A stretch of DNA of 64,000 bases from an uncultured Poribacteria bacterium (GCA_951813565.1 OX638351.1:3776001-3840000), one strand, 5' to 3'; shown: positions 1 through 10,065, counted from the first letter of the stretch. The notes: generated by a model not told the origin, from the sequence alone. Program-made: numbers and translations.

Positions 1-956
1 TCAATAGAATTTGCTGCAATCTCCAATCCGTTTTCAAGGTTATCCGCTATGCCGCCTGCAACAATCGCAGCAGCAGCATTCAACAGCACAATATCGCGTT
101 TAGGTCCCTTTTCACCTTTGAGGATATTCGTAGTTATCTCAGCGTTTTTCTCAGGTGTGCCACCAAGTAACGATTCTGGTTCAGTTTTCGGAATCCCAAG
201 TGTAGTCGGATCAAGTGTATAGGTTTTCACAGCACCATTCACAAGTTCAGAGACGCGCGTTGTGGTTGTCGTAGTGATTTCGTCTAAGCCATCGTTCCCA
301 TGCACGACGAACGCATGCTGTGTCCCAAGATTGTTGAGGACATTCGCGTGTAACTTTGTCAATTCCGATGCATAGACCCCAAGCACCTGTGCCCGCGCAC
401 CTGCTGGATTAGTTAGCGGAGCAATTGTATTAAAAATAGTACGAATCCCAATTTCTCGGCGAGGTCCAATCGCATGTTTCATAGCACCATGCAGCATTGG
501 CGCGAATAGAAAACCGATACCAACCTCATCAATACACTGCCCAATATGTTCTGGTGAAATCTCAATATTCACACCTAACGCCATCAACACATTTGCACTT
601 CCACTTTGCCGAGTTACGCCTCTGTTACCGTGTTTAGCCACAGGAACGCCCGCCCCTGCAACAACAAATGCTGAGGTTGTTGAAATGTTGAAGGAATGCA
701 ATCCAGTTCCACCCGTACTGCAGGTATCAACGACCAACGGCTGCTTTGTTGGCACCCGCGTTGATTTCGCACGCATCACGCGAACGCCACCGATAATCTC
801 ATCTATCGTTTCTCCTTTAAACCGCAATGCTGTCAGGAAACAAGCAATTTGTGCATCCGTCGTTTCGCCTTCCATAATCTCGGTCATGGTTTCAACCATC
901 TCTGTTTCTGTTAAGGAGTTCCCGTCAATAACTTTCTGAATAGCCTCACGAATCAC
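1..956 (-). CDS. trpD: Anthranilate phosphoribosyltransferase (runs off the window start)
   Basis: Manual translation from GTG at 956 after a GGAGG RBS gives MIREAIQKVIDG...DTCSTGGTG..SFNISTTSAFVVAGAGVPVAKHGNR...FLFAPMLHGAMKH. Confidence 0.95.
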   Translation of the reverse strand, partial: MIREAIQKVIDGNSLTETEMVETMTEIMEGETTDAQIACFLTALRFKGETIDEIIGGVRVMRAKSTRVPTKQPLVVDTCSTGGTGLHSFNISTTSAFVVAGAGVPVAKHGNRGVTRQSGSANVLMALGVNIEISPEHIGQCIDEVGIGFLFAPMLHGAMKHAIGPRREIGIRTIFNTIAPLTNPAGARAQVLGVYASELTKLHANVLNNLGTQHAFVVHGNDGLDEITTTTTTRVSELVNGAVKTYTLDPTTLGIPKTEPESLLGGTPEKNAEITTNILKGEKGPKRDIVLLNAAAAIVAGGIADNLENGLEIAANSI

Positions 957-1004
957 GCTATGTTCCTCCCAATTATACTTTACAATTGATGTTTCCCTAC
1001 AATT

Positions 1005-2419
1005 TTGACATACTCCCAAGCCTAAAGGCATGGGATTCTTAGCTCTTATATTGGCAGCAATTGTTGTTGCCAAACGGCTTTTCTTGCTTCCGTCTCTCCT
1101 GCCTCCGATTGAGGTCTTACTTGGACTCCACAAGCGTTTTCTGTCTCGGTATGTCCTACCGCGACATTTCTTAGATTTATTGCAGCATTGACATCTCTAT
1201 CTATAGAAACATCACATTGACCGCAATGATATGTTCTTTCTGATAGCACCAAGTTGTCTTTTGTGTGTCCGCAACTGGAACAGGTTTTTGACGATGCGTA
1301 GAATTGCGATGCTTCTGTGACAGGTATTCCACGTGCTGCTTTCGTCTTAAGTTTCTGAAGAAAACCACCTAATGCACTATCAGACAATGCCTTTGCGAGT
1401 TTCCTATTCTTCAGCATATTCTTTATCTTCAGCGTCTCAATGCCGATAGCAGAGGTTTTATTGACAATATCCGTTGCAGCTTTGTGGTGTGCGTCATTTC
1501 TGATGCAAGCAATCCGATAGTGGATACGTGCTACTTTCCATTTCTGCTTTATCCAATTTTTAGACCCATTTGTCCGCTTGCTGAGCCTACGTGCTTCTTT
1601 TGCTACTTTCCTTTCATACCGTTTTAGCGGGCTCGGATTATCATATTTAGTGCCATCACTCAAGGTAGAAAGAGAGTTTATACCAACATCAATACCAATC
1701 ACAGGGTGAGTTGCTAAATTAGCAACTGCTTCGGTGTCCTCTGTGTCAACAGTGATAGATACAAACCAACGGTGTGCTGTTCTGCTGATAGTCACTTTCA
1801 TGATTTTACCTGACCAACGTAACGCTTGAAACATCTTGACCCATCCTATTTTAGGTAACTTGATACGTTTGCCAACAACTTGAACAAATTGATTATTTGT
1901 TGTGAAAGAATCCCTTTTACCACGCTTCTTATACTTCGGAAACTTCGCACGCTTGGATACCCAATGCGCAATCGCAGCTGACAAATTCACAAATATGCTT
2001 TTGTTCGCAACAACTTGATCTTGTTCCTTCGTCCATCCATGTTCCTTCTTAGCAACGTTAAATCTTTCATTCAACTTTGATGTAGAGAGAAACTCATCAT
2101 TATCTAATCCTGCTTTGAAATCTGATAAAGCGTGATTATACGCAAAACGGGCATAGCCACACTGCTGCGCAAACCACACACGCTGTTTATTATTTGGATT
2201 CAATGCAATCTTATGTGTTTTTAATGGCATATCACTACTTCCTTGAAAAGATACTACTTCCCATTGGTGTGGTAGTTGCACCAACAACTACCACTGAAGT
2301 AGTCCTATTAGGATGCCATGTTTCACGGTAAAAGTCAAGTGTTTTTGATTGATTAATGCCAGTGCCGTTCTGTATCCCCGAGCTAAAGCAACGGGGTTTT
2401 AGAACGGAATATTCCGATT
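1005..2419 (-). mobile_element. IS200/IS605-type non-autonomous element carrying tnpB only
   Basis: Subterminal hairpins CTCCCAAGCCTAAAGGCATGGGA (~1013-1035) and CCCCGAGCTAAAGCAACGGGG (~2376-2396). The minus-strand right end finishes in TCAA at 1005. Exact ends are inferred. Confidence 0.7.
1046..2230 (-). CDS. tnpB: RNA-guided endonuclease TnpB
   Basis: RuvC motifs IGIDVG, IGIETL and DRDVNAA, a CSSC/CGQC zinc finger, and an N-terminal HKIALNPNNKQ segment. Confidence 0.93.
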   Translation of the reverse strand: MPLKTHKIALNPNNKQRVWFAQQCGYARFAYNHALSDFKAGLDNDEFLSTSKLNERFNVAKKEHGWTKEQDQVVANKSIFVNLSAAIAHWVSKRAKFPKYKKRGKRDSFTTNNQFVQVVGKRIKLPKIGWVKMFQALRWSGKIMKVTISRTAHRWFVSITVDTEDTEAVANLATHPVIGIDVGINSLSTLSDGTKYDNPSPLKRYERKVAKEARRLSKRTNGSKNWIKQKWKVARIHYRIACIRNDAHHKAATDIVNKTSAIGIETLKIKNMLKNRKLAKALSDSALGGFLQKLKTKAARGIPVTEASQFYASSKTCSSCGHTKDNLVLSERTYHCGQCDVSIDRDVNAAINLRNVAVGHTETENACGVQVRPQSEAGETEARKAVWQQQLLPI

Positions 2420-2461
2420 TTCAAGAATAGATATGAAGTATATAATACCATTTCTAATTTG

Positions 2462-2520
2462 TGCTAAATTTTTAGCATTTTTACTTGACATTTGCTTTTT
2501 TAAGTGCTAAAATATTAGCA
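2462..2520 (+). promoter_or_regulatory. Sigma70 promoter with two TGCTAA-N4-TTAGCA operator palindromes
   Basis: TTGACA (2485-2490), a 17-bp spacer, then TAAAAT (2508-2513). Palindromes lie at 2462-2477 and 2505-2520. Confidence 0.85.
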
Positions 2521-2542
2521 TATCTTGAAAAGAGGTGACAAC

Positions 2543-2932
2543 ATGGAAGATTACCGCATTCCAAAACTGAGTCGTCGAGAACGGCAGCTTATGGACATCG
2601 TTTATCAACGCGGTCACGTTTCTGTGGCAGATGCACTTGAAGACCTTCCTGATGAACCGAGTTATTCTACAGTACGCGCATTGATGCGGATTTTAGAAGA
2701 GAAAGGGTATCTCTCCCACAAAAAAGATGGTAAGCGTTACATTTATCGTCCTACACAACCGCGCCATCAAGCAGGACGTTCCGCGCTCAAACAGATTTTT
2801 CACACGTTTTTTGATAAATCCATCGAAAAAACGGTCATGACATTGATCTCCGACGCGGACCTCTCGGATGAGGAACTTGACCGTTTGAGCCAACTCATTG
2901 AGAATGCTAAAAAAGGAGACACCTCATCATGA
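2543..2932 (+). CDS. BlaI/MecI/CopY family repressor
   Basis: LSRRERQLMDIVY...YSTVRALMRILEEKGYL...YIY winged-helix pattern; GAGGTG RBS. Confidence 0.92.
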   Translation: MEDYRIPKLSRRERQLMDIVYQRGHVSVADALEDLPDEPSYSTVRALMRILEEKGYLSHKKDGKRYIYRPTQPRHQAGRSALKQIFHTFFDKSIEKTVMTLISDADLSDEELDRLSQLIENAKKGDTSS

Positions 2933-5271
2933 TGCAATTTATTGATACGTTCTATGCAAATCCACTACTAAAATTTCTCGTTGATACCACGATCAAAAGT
3001 ATTGTAATTTTTACTGTTGCGGGTTTATTTTCTTTTTGTTTACGTCGTAAATCGGCGGCTGTGCGCGGGTTTGTTTGGAACATGGCAATCGTAGGATGCC
3101 TCATCGTTCCGCTGTTTTCTCTCACGCTTCCGAAGTGGCAGGTTAACGTCTTGCCGCAAACACCAATCAGATTTGAGACTTCTCAATTAACAGAAAACGT
3201 TCAATCTCCCGCATCATCCGTTCTAGTTGCACCAAGTGGGTCCGTGTCAGAAACTATGTCATCAACACAAGCGATACCAACGCTATCCGAACAACCACAA
3301 CCTGTAACTAACAAGAGAAGCTTGCTACCGACAATTCATTGGACATATTGGGTAGGGATAGTTTGGGCATGTGTTAGTGTGTTCTTTCTTGCCCGTTTGA
3401 TTGCTGGAATCAGTGGTATCTGGCACATCTCAATTCGAAGCAAAGATTTCAGCAGTACGATTGAAAAGTTACATCTTAATTGGAATCGGCAGTTTAGAGT
3501 CCGTCTCAGCGACAGAATCACAGTGCCGATGATGTGGGGTATTTTTCGCCCTGTGATTTTGCTACCGACTGATGCAGCGAAATGGCAAACGGATCGTCTC
3601 CGCGCTGTTCTACTGCACGAAACAGCACATATCAAACGTTGGGATTGGTTGATACAAACAATTGCACAGGTTACGTGTGCGATGTACTGGTTTAATCCAT
3701 TTCTATGGTTTGCAGCGCGTCGAATACGGATAGAAGCTGAGCAAGCGTGCGATGACCAAGTTCTCAACATGGGCTATCAATCAACCGATTACGCCCGACA
3801 TTTACTTGATATAACACGCAATGTAAAAACGGCTAAAGCTATTTCGCATGCTGCTGTAGCGATGGCGCGTTCCTCAAAAATTGAAGGAAGACTCCGAACA
3901 GTTCTTACTGAAAACCTAAATCGTCATCCGGTGACAAAGGTTGTTGTAGGGATAGGGATAATCATCCTCACCTGCCTTGCTGTACCGATCAGCGCAATGC
4001 GTTTGGCACAAGCAGTTGACTCAGAGGAGGCGTCCAAGTCCCAGCTGACACCAGGTAATCCTGTGAAGGTACAGCAGAACGTTGAGATATGCGAGCAACA
4101 CCTGCACGAAATTGGTAAGGCGATTCAGGCATACCAGAAGGAACACGGTGATTTTCCGGAATGGCTCTCAGACCTTTATCCTAAATACTTGCCAGACGCA
4201 GACTCCCTGCTTTGTCCTGCAGATGAAGACGGTGGTAAGACTTATTTTCTTGTCAATGCTGACCCGAAAATGTCTATGAGTTACGACTACCAGTTTCATC
4301 CTAAGTACCGAGAGGATAAAACTGAGGAACGCCTCATGTATGGGGACGTTTTGCCACTTGTCCGTTGTCGACATCATGAGAATCAACCGTTTGAATGTCT
4401 AAACTTGAGTTTTGCCTTTAAGGTATATTGGTCATCTGGTGTATACACACCGGATGAGATGTATGAAACCGTTGAGGGAGCCATTGAAGTTTTGGAAAAA
4501 GGACTTCAGCGACAAGCAGATAATGAAAGTTTTTTTTATTTCTATAATACGCTTGCCCGTCTCTACATTGAAGTCGGGCGCGAAAAAGATGTTGAGGGTC
4601 TTGTTAACCGTTTCAAATCGGTCATGAAACCTAACAGTCTATCGGATAATTTCCGCCTCGGTTCAATACTTGAGATCGCAAATCAGCATGAAGAAGTCCT
4701 TAAGGTTTTTGAGAAACTTGAGGAGCGGTATCCTGACAACTACCACGTTCTGAAAGAACTCGCGCGAATTCATGAGAAACTCGGTAATTCCGAACTCGCG
4801 GAAAAATATCGGGACAAGGCTGATCCGATGTCGGAACTGGTAGGAAAAGTTGTTCCCGACTTCTCTGCAACGGACATTGATGGCAAACCGATATCGCTGC
4901 AACAATATCGTGGGAAAGTTGTTTTACTCGATTTCTGGGCGGTTTGGTGTCCTCCCTGTATCGTTGAGATGCCGAATGTGAAGAAGGTTTACGATACCTA
5001 TAAGGACCAAGGGTTTGATATCATCGGTGTTAGTCTTGACACTGACGAAACAAGGTTGCGCAATTACCTCAAAACAAATGATATTCCTTGGCGGCAAATT
5101 TTCAGTGGGCAAAAATGGAACAGTCCGCTTGCAAAGCAGTATCATATTCGCAGTATTCCCGCACCGTGGCTTATTGCCAGAGATGGCACGCTGATTTCAG
5201 GCGAAGCCAGAGGGATTGAGTTAGAACGTCTTGTAGTGGAAGCACTCAAGGACAAAACCGAAAAAGAATAG
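2929..5271 (+). CDS. BlaR1-like M56 metallopeptidase fused to a Cys-rich/TPR region and a TlpA-type thioredoxin
   Basis: TM helices, HETAH zinc motif, WFNP and EQACD; C-terminal GKVVLLDFWAVWCPPC. Confidence 0.9.
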   Translation: MMQFIDTFYANPLLKFLVDTTIKSIVIFTVAGLFSFCLRRKSAAVRGFVWNMAIVGCLIVPLFSLTLPKWQVNVLPQTPIRFETSQLTENVQSPASSVLVAPSGSVSETMSSTQAIPTLSEQPQPVTNKRSLLPTIHWTYWVGIVWACVSVFFLARLIAGISGIWHISIRSKDFSSTIEKLHLNWNRQFRVRLSDRITVPMMWGIFRPVILLPTDAAKWQTDRLRAVLLHETAHIKRWDWLIQTIAQVTCAMYWFNPFLWFAARRIRIEAEQACDDQVLNMGYQSTDYARHLLDITRNVKTAKAISHAAVAMARSSKIEGRLRTVLTENLNRHPVTKVVVGIGIIILTCLAVPISAMRLAQAVDSEEASKSQLTPGNPVKVQQNVEICEQHLHEIGKAIQAYQKEHGDFPEWLSDLYPKYLPDADSLLCPADEDGGKTYFLVNADPKMSMSYDYQFHPKYREDKTEERLMYGDVLPLVRCRHHENQPFECLNLSFAFKVYWSSGVYTPDEMYETVEGAIEVLEKGLQRQADNESFFYFYNTLARLYIEVGREKDVEGLVNRFKSVMKPNSLSDNFRLGSILEIANQHEEVLKVFEKLEERYPDNYHVLKELARIHEKLGNSELAEKYRDKADPMSELVGKVVPDFSATDIDGKPISLQQYRGKVVLLDFWAVWCPPCIVEMPNVKKVYDTYKDQGFDIIGVSLDTDETRLRNYLKTNDIPWRQIFSGQKWNSPLAKQYHIRSIPAPWLIARDGTLISGEARGIELERLVVEALKDKTEKE

Positions 5272-5300
5272 TGGAGTGTCTACCGAAATTTTGCGGGTAA

Positions 5301-5400
5301 GGTCGCGATTCGGAGATCGCTCCCGCTGGATGCCATACGCGCATTCAGCGTTGATTCACAGAACACACCTCTTTGTAGGAGGGAACTCTGATTCCCGACT
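5301..5400. repeat. REP-like palindrome pair with a 33-nt hairpin insert
   Basis: GGTCGCGATTCGGAGATCGCTCC and GTAGGAGGGAACTCTGATTCCCGAC, also seen at ~8108-8163, 13542-13745 and 39345-39400. Confidence 0.75.
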
Positions 5401-5486
5401 ACTGACTTAAACCGGAAGTAAGTTCCCATAGATAAGGGAAATGTTCAATATTATTTCGTAAGAAATTTGAAAAGGAGAATACTGAA

Positions 5487-6812
5487 ATGAAAGCAATTTT
5501 GACTATGACAATGATGCTGGGTTTACTGATAGCTTCTGCAAACGCAGATACACCTGCGGAAAAGCCGAGTGAAGATGTCACCGAGGCACAGCACCAGAAA
5601 AACATTGAAATCTGCAAGCAGCATTTTCTCGAAATTGGCAAGGCGATTCAGGCATACAAGAAAGAACACGGTGATTTTCCACAATGGCTCTCAGAGCTTC
5701 ACCCGAAATATTTGCCAGATGCAAACCTCTTGCTTTGTCCTGCGGATAAAGAGGGCGGCAAGCCAGTCTCTTATTGGAACGCAGACCCGAAAATGCCTGT
5801 GAGTTATGGGTATGAGTTTCTTCCTAAAAACCGAGAGAAGAAAACTGAACAACGCAAAGTGTATGGCGATAACATACCGCTTGTCCGATGTCTACATCAC
5901 ATCAACTGGGATAAAGTCTCTAAAGAAGGTCTAAACTTGAGTTTTTCCTTCAAAATTTACAAGTCAGGTTTTAATTGGATCTCCACGCCGGCAGATATGT
6001 ATGGTAGCCCCGAAGCCGCTATTGCTGCCTTTGAAAACTCGCTTGCGAAATATCCGGATGATCGGCGGTTCTTTGATCTCTACCCACTACTCGTCGTACT
6101 CTACACCAAGGTCGGAAACGAACAATCAGCAGATGCCCTTATTGAACGTCTCAAGTCAGCAGGCATGATACCAGACAATAAGGGGTACCGCTCAGTGTTC
6201 GGGAAACTTAGGAACGCGGGGCTCTATGAGGAGCTGCTTGAGATTTTTAAGGCAGCTGAGCAGCGGCAGCCCGACGAGGGGGTTATCCTCGTGAGAATTG
6301 CCTACATTTATGAGAAATTGGGCAATACTGAACTCGCCGAAGTCTACTATCGGAAGGCTGATCCCAAATATGAATTGTGGGGAAAACCTGTGACAAACTT
6401 TTCCGCAACAGACCTTGATGGTAAGCCTATTTCGCTAAAGGACTATCGCGGCAAAGTGGTCTTGCTCGATTTTTGGGGTGTGTGGTGTGGTTTCTGCATT
6501 GACGAAATGCCGAATTTGAAGAAAATATACGCTACCTATAAGGATCAGGGGTTTGACATTATCGGTGTCAGTCTTGACGATGAGGAAGCAACACTGCGGG
6601 ACTACATTAAAGAGAATAACATCCAGTGGCGGCAGATTTACAGTGGCAAAAAGTGGGAGGAGGATCCACTTGCACAGCAGTTTAAAATTACGAGTGTTCC
6701 ATCACAGTGGCTTATTGATGGAGAGGGCAAATTAATCACGCATAAAGCCAGAGGGGAGAAGTTAGAAGGTCTCGTCGTGGAGGCACTCAAGGACAAAACC
6801 GAAAATAAATAA
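5487..6812 (+). CDS. Secreted TlpA/thioredoxin-family protein with TPR; paralog of the upstream sensor's C-terminus
   Basis: Signal peptide (ANA), shared EIGKAIQAY.KEHGDFP..LLCPAD segment, and WCGFC active site. Confidence 0.88.
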   Translation: MKAILTMTMMLGLLIASANADTPAEKPSEDVTEAQHQKNIEICKQHFLEIGKAIQAYKKEHGDFPQWLSELHPKYLPDANLLLCPADKEGGKPVSYWNADPKMPVSYGYEFLPKNREKKTEQRKVYGDNIPLVRCLHHINWDKVSKEGLNLSFSFKIYKSGFNWISTPADMYGSPEAAIAAFENSLAKYPDDRRFFDLYPLLVVLYTKVGNEQSADALIERLKSAGMIPDNKGYRSVFGKLRNAGLYEELLEIFKAAEQRQPDEGVILVRIAYIYEKLGNTELAEVYYRKADPKYELWGKPVTNFSATDLDGKPISLKDYRGKVVLLDFWGVWCGFCIDEMPNLKKIYATYKDQGFDIIGVSLDDEEATLRDYIKENNIQWRQIYSGKKWEEDPLAQQFKITSVPSQWLIDGEGKLITHKARGEKLEGLVVEALKDKTENK

Positions 6813-6952
6813 CCAAATCTGTCAAAGAAAACGCGAAATGTGTATGCGGGATCTATGTCCCGTATACACATGGCAAATTTTGCTATCTTATGAGATATAA
6901 GTCTCTCAATAATTGCAAGCATAACTATAAAAGAACACTCATGGAGAATAAA

Positions 6953-7465
6953 ATGAAACGACTTTTGATACTTTTTCTTGTAGTCGGTGTAATTCTAAGT
7001 TGCGTAGCAATCTCATTAGAAGGTATACCTATCAAAGAATCTTCTGAACACCCACAAAAAATTAAAATATTACTTGATATCGCAGGTGAAAATGACCTTT
7101 TACCGTTAGTTACGAAACATCTGCTTGAAGCATTTAGTAATACTGAAAATGTAGATGTCGTCTTGGAAATTGGAGAAGGCGTATCCTATGTCTTATCCGT
7201 TGTTCTTGTGGAAGCACGCGCTGGGGAGAAGATGCAAAAAACTGATAATGTTGCTGCTTGTGTCCAATTTCTTGATTATTTTGACAATAGTATTCTCAAA
7301 CCAGATGTTGCTATTTCAAATTGGGAACGCGTTGACAATCTTACCGAAAACCTGATTGAGCATTCTCAAGTAGGTTTGTACCTATTTTCTAAAAACGAAT
7401 TGGGAAAAATGACAAACGGTGTTGTTTCTAAATTTCAGGAACTATTTTTGGAAAAGAATAAATAA
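6953..7465 (+). CDS. Hypothetical exported or membrane-anchored protein
   Basis: GGAG RBS and a hydrophobic N-terminus. Confidence 0.6.
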   Translation: MKRLLILFLVVGVILSCVAISLEGIPIKESSEHPQKIKILLDIAGENDLLPLVTKHLLEAFSNTENVDVVLEIGEGVSYVLSVVLVEARAGEKMQKTDNVAACVQFLDYFDNSILKPDVAISNWERVDNLTENLIEHSQVGLYLFSKNELGKMTNGVVSKFQELFLEKNK

Positions 7466-7552
7466 AAGAAAATGATAGTCCATCGTATTTCTATTACCGT
7501 TTGGTAAGTGCATCGTTAACAGTGTTCAAGTAATTATATGTTTTCTATAAAC

Positions 7553-7992
7553 AATACCTTCGCCAAAAATGATTGAATAAATAAGGCTGTTGTCCTAAAG
7601 TTACCTAAGTTGCCACCTATGTAGCACAAACTTTATGAAGATTAATTTTTTAATTCGGTGATTTCTTGTTAGGTATATTCTGAATATGTCAAACGCTCTT
7701 CAGTCCCGACAAATGCCACACGCGCATTTGGCGTTGAAGCGAACCTCTCAATGTTTATGGTGAATGTGAGTGCTAAACTCATAGATACGCTCCGTTGTAA
7801 AAATACTGCGTCCAGTGTTTTAGACCTTAGGGCACACTACCGAGGTTTGAAGTATTTACACGAAACATTAAAAATACTTCCGCAAAAACCTGAACCTATT
7901 GTTATTCAACAAATCGCACAACATCTGGGAGCAATCGGTGCTATTCATCACACGCAACCTGAACTAAACCCCGGATAATTGGCGAAGGTATT
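7553..7992 (+). mobile_element. Internally deleted IS remnant with a transposase C-terminal fragment (7751-7978)
   Basis: Perfect 14-bp inverted repeats AATACCTTCGCCAA (7553-7566) and TTGGCGAAGGTATT (7979-7992). The fragment ANLSMFMVN..SVLDLRAHYRG resembles DDE transposase C-termini. Confidence 0.7.
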
Positions 7993-8007
7993 CGTTTTAA
8001 GTATATT

Positions 8008-8253
8008 ACGCGTTGTGCTAGTTAACATTTGGTATGTTTATATTTCACATGTTCGCCTCGTTTGGGTTTGGATTCCGAAACTTTTCCGATACCTGACAAC
8101 CTTAAGGTAGGAGGGAACTCCGATTCCCGACGACAAACGGGTCGCGATTCGGAAATCGCTCCCGCCAAATGCCAAAAGCGTATTTGGCGTTGATTCCAGA
8201 ATATGAACAGTTGTGAAAAATAACAAAACTGATACGTAACTGGCACAAGTCGT
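8008..8253 (+). mobile_element. 246-bp MITE, family A copy 1
   Basis: TIR ACGCGTTGTGCTAGTTA...TAACTGGCACAAGTCGT with a TATATT target duplication; an inverted copy lies at 39254-39499. Confidence 0.85.
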
Positions 8254-8314
8254 TATATTATAAAATAGTGTTGATGTCAAGCGATACAATGTAATAAAAA
8301 AACACCGCAAAACC

Positions 8315-8343
8315 TTTACATTGTTTTTGAAAGATGCTATAAT
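8315..8343 (+). promoter_or_regulatory. Sigma70 promoter for the aroK-aroB operon
   Basis: TTTACA, 17-bp spacer, TATAAT, with an extended -10 TG. Confidence 0.6.
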
Positions 8344-8414
8344 TGGAAAACTTTATGCAATGCTCGTAAGTAGATACCCTTCGCTTGCGGAATTATAAGA
8401 AAGGCGCAAAACAG

Positions 8415-8999
8415 GTGAATCGACCACATAAAGAAAACCGTAATATCGTTCTTGTCGGTTTTATGGGAACAGGTAAAACCTCAATCGGTAAAAGGCTTTC
8501 CTCGCAACTTAGGATGCGTTATATTGATACAGACAGTGTTATTGAGAAGGATAGTCGGCGGCGTATTAGCGATATTTTTGCGCAAGATGGTGAAGATGTT
8601 TTTCGTCAACTTGAAAGCGAAGCGGTTAACAAAGTTTCCAAACTATACAATCATGTTATTTCTACTGGTGGCGGCGTTGTTTTAAAAGAGATAAACGTCA
8701 CTAAACTTAAAGAGAACGGTATCGTTTTCTGCTTAAGGGCAACACCAGAGGAAATCTATCGCCGTGTTGGTCATCAAACGCACCGTCCCCTGCTCCAAAC
8801 CCCCGATGCAATGGAAACAATTCGAACAATGTTAGCAGCACGCGCGCCTTATTATGCACAAGCGGATCACACAGTCGAAACAACCGATAGATCGTTTGAA
8901 GAAGTCATAGCAGACATAAGAAGGATCTATTTTAAGACAAGTAAAACATCAAGGACAAAATATACGACAAAGCAAAATGATAAAAACTTTACACGTTGA
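8415..8999 (+). CDS. aroK: Shikimate kinase
   Basis: NIVLVGFMGTGKTSIG, GEDVFRQLE, ISTGGG and RPLL motifs. Confidence 0.95.
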   Translation: MNRPHKENRNIVLVGFMGTGKTSIGKRLSSQLRMRYIDTDSVIEKDSRRRISDIFAQDGEDVFRQLESEAVNKVSKLYNHVISTGGGVVLKEINVTKLKENGIVFCLRATPEEIYRRVGHQTHRPLLQTPDAMETIRTMLAARAPYYAQADHTVETTDRSFEEVIADIRRIYFKTSKTSRTKYTTKQNDKNFTR

Positions 9000-10065
9000 A
9001 CTTAATGAAAACAGTTATCCGCTTTTCGTCGGGGCAGGGATTCTCAACCAAATTGGTGAATTTCTTAAATCTCAGGCAAAATCTACGAAGGTGTTTGTTG
9101 TAACAGACACTTTCGTAAAACATCAGTATGCTCCGTTGGTGTTGGAAAGTTTAAAGGATGTTGGGTTTGATGTTGCTATCATTGATGTTCCTGTCGGGGA
9201 AGAAAGTAAATCGTTAGAACAGTTATCTCGAGTACTGGATAGTTTAATTGATAACCAACTTGATAGAGGTGCAACGCTTATCGCTCTTGGTGGCGGTGTT
9301 ATTGGCGATTTAGGAGGGTTTGCTGCTGCTGTCTACATGCGAGGTATCGCGTATGTGCAAATCCCAACAACTTTGCAGGCACAGGTAGATGCAAGCGTTG
9401 GTGGTAAAACAGCAATTAATCATCCAAAAGGTAAGAACCTCATCGGTGCTTTTCATCAGCCGAAATTGGTGCTGATTGACGTGGATACGCTCAAAACCTT
9501 ACCGCAACGGGATATCCAATCAGGACTGATTGAGGTAATTAAGATAGGGGTTATCCGCGATGAACCTTTGTTTGAAATGGTAGAAGAAAACCTGTCCGCT
9601 ATATTAAATTTAGAGACAGAGACGTTAATTGAGATGATCGCCTGCGCCTGTGCTAACAAAGCAGAGATTGTCGCAAAAGATGAAAAAGAGAGCGGATTGC
9701 GGATGGTGCTAAACTATGGACATACTTTCGGTCATGCACTTGAGGCATTGACACACTATAAGAAATACCGACACGGAGAGGCTGTTTCTATCGGAATGAA
9801 TTGCGCTGCAAAATTGGCGGTTAATTTAGGGATGTTCTCTGAAACAGATTTTGAACGTCAACGCGCGCTTTTAAATCGCGCGAAATTGCCACTCACTTTT
9901 CCTTATGATATTTCTCCCGAAGCACTATGCGGTGCGATGTCCCTTGATAAAAAAACGCTAAGTGGTAGACTCCGCCTCATATTGCCGACACGGATCGGCG
10001 AAGTTGTTATCCGAGACGATGTGACAGACACAAAGATTATAGAAGCAATTTCACAATGTTATTAG
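8977..10065 (+). CDS. aroB: 3-dehydroquinate synthase
   Basis: GGGVIGDLGGF, PTTLQAQVDASVGGKT, LNYGHTFGHA and HGEAV motifs. Confidence 0.96.
   Translation: MIKTLHVELNENSYPLFVGAGILNQIGEFLKSQAKSTKVFVVTDTFVKHQYAPLVLESLKDVGFDVAIIDVPVGEESKSLEQLSRVLDSLIDNQLDRGATLIALGGGVIGDLGGFAAAVYMRGIAYVQIPTTLQAQVDASVGGKTAINHPKGKNLIGAFHQPKLVLIDVDTLKTLPQRDIQSGLIEVIKIGVIRDEPLFEMVEENLSAILNLETETLIEMIACACANKAEIVAKDEKESGLRMVLNYGHTFGHALEALTHYKKYRHGEAVSIGMNCAAKLAVNLGMFSETDFERQRALLNRAKLPLTFPYDISPEALCGAMSLDKKTLSGRLRLILPTRIGEVVIRDDVTDTKIIEAISQCY

Noticed and set aside
685..939. Plus-strand ORF, and similar short ORFs overlapping long genes throughout the track
   Set aside because: These are antisense or off-frame shadows of well-supported genes such as trpD.
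8022..8310. Short ORFs with apparent paralogs at 39272-39494
   Set aside because: The similarity appears in several frames because both lie in MITE family A; they are not genes.
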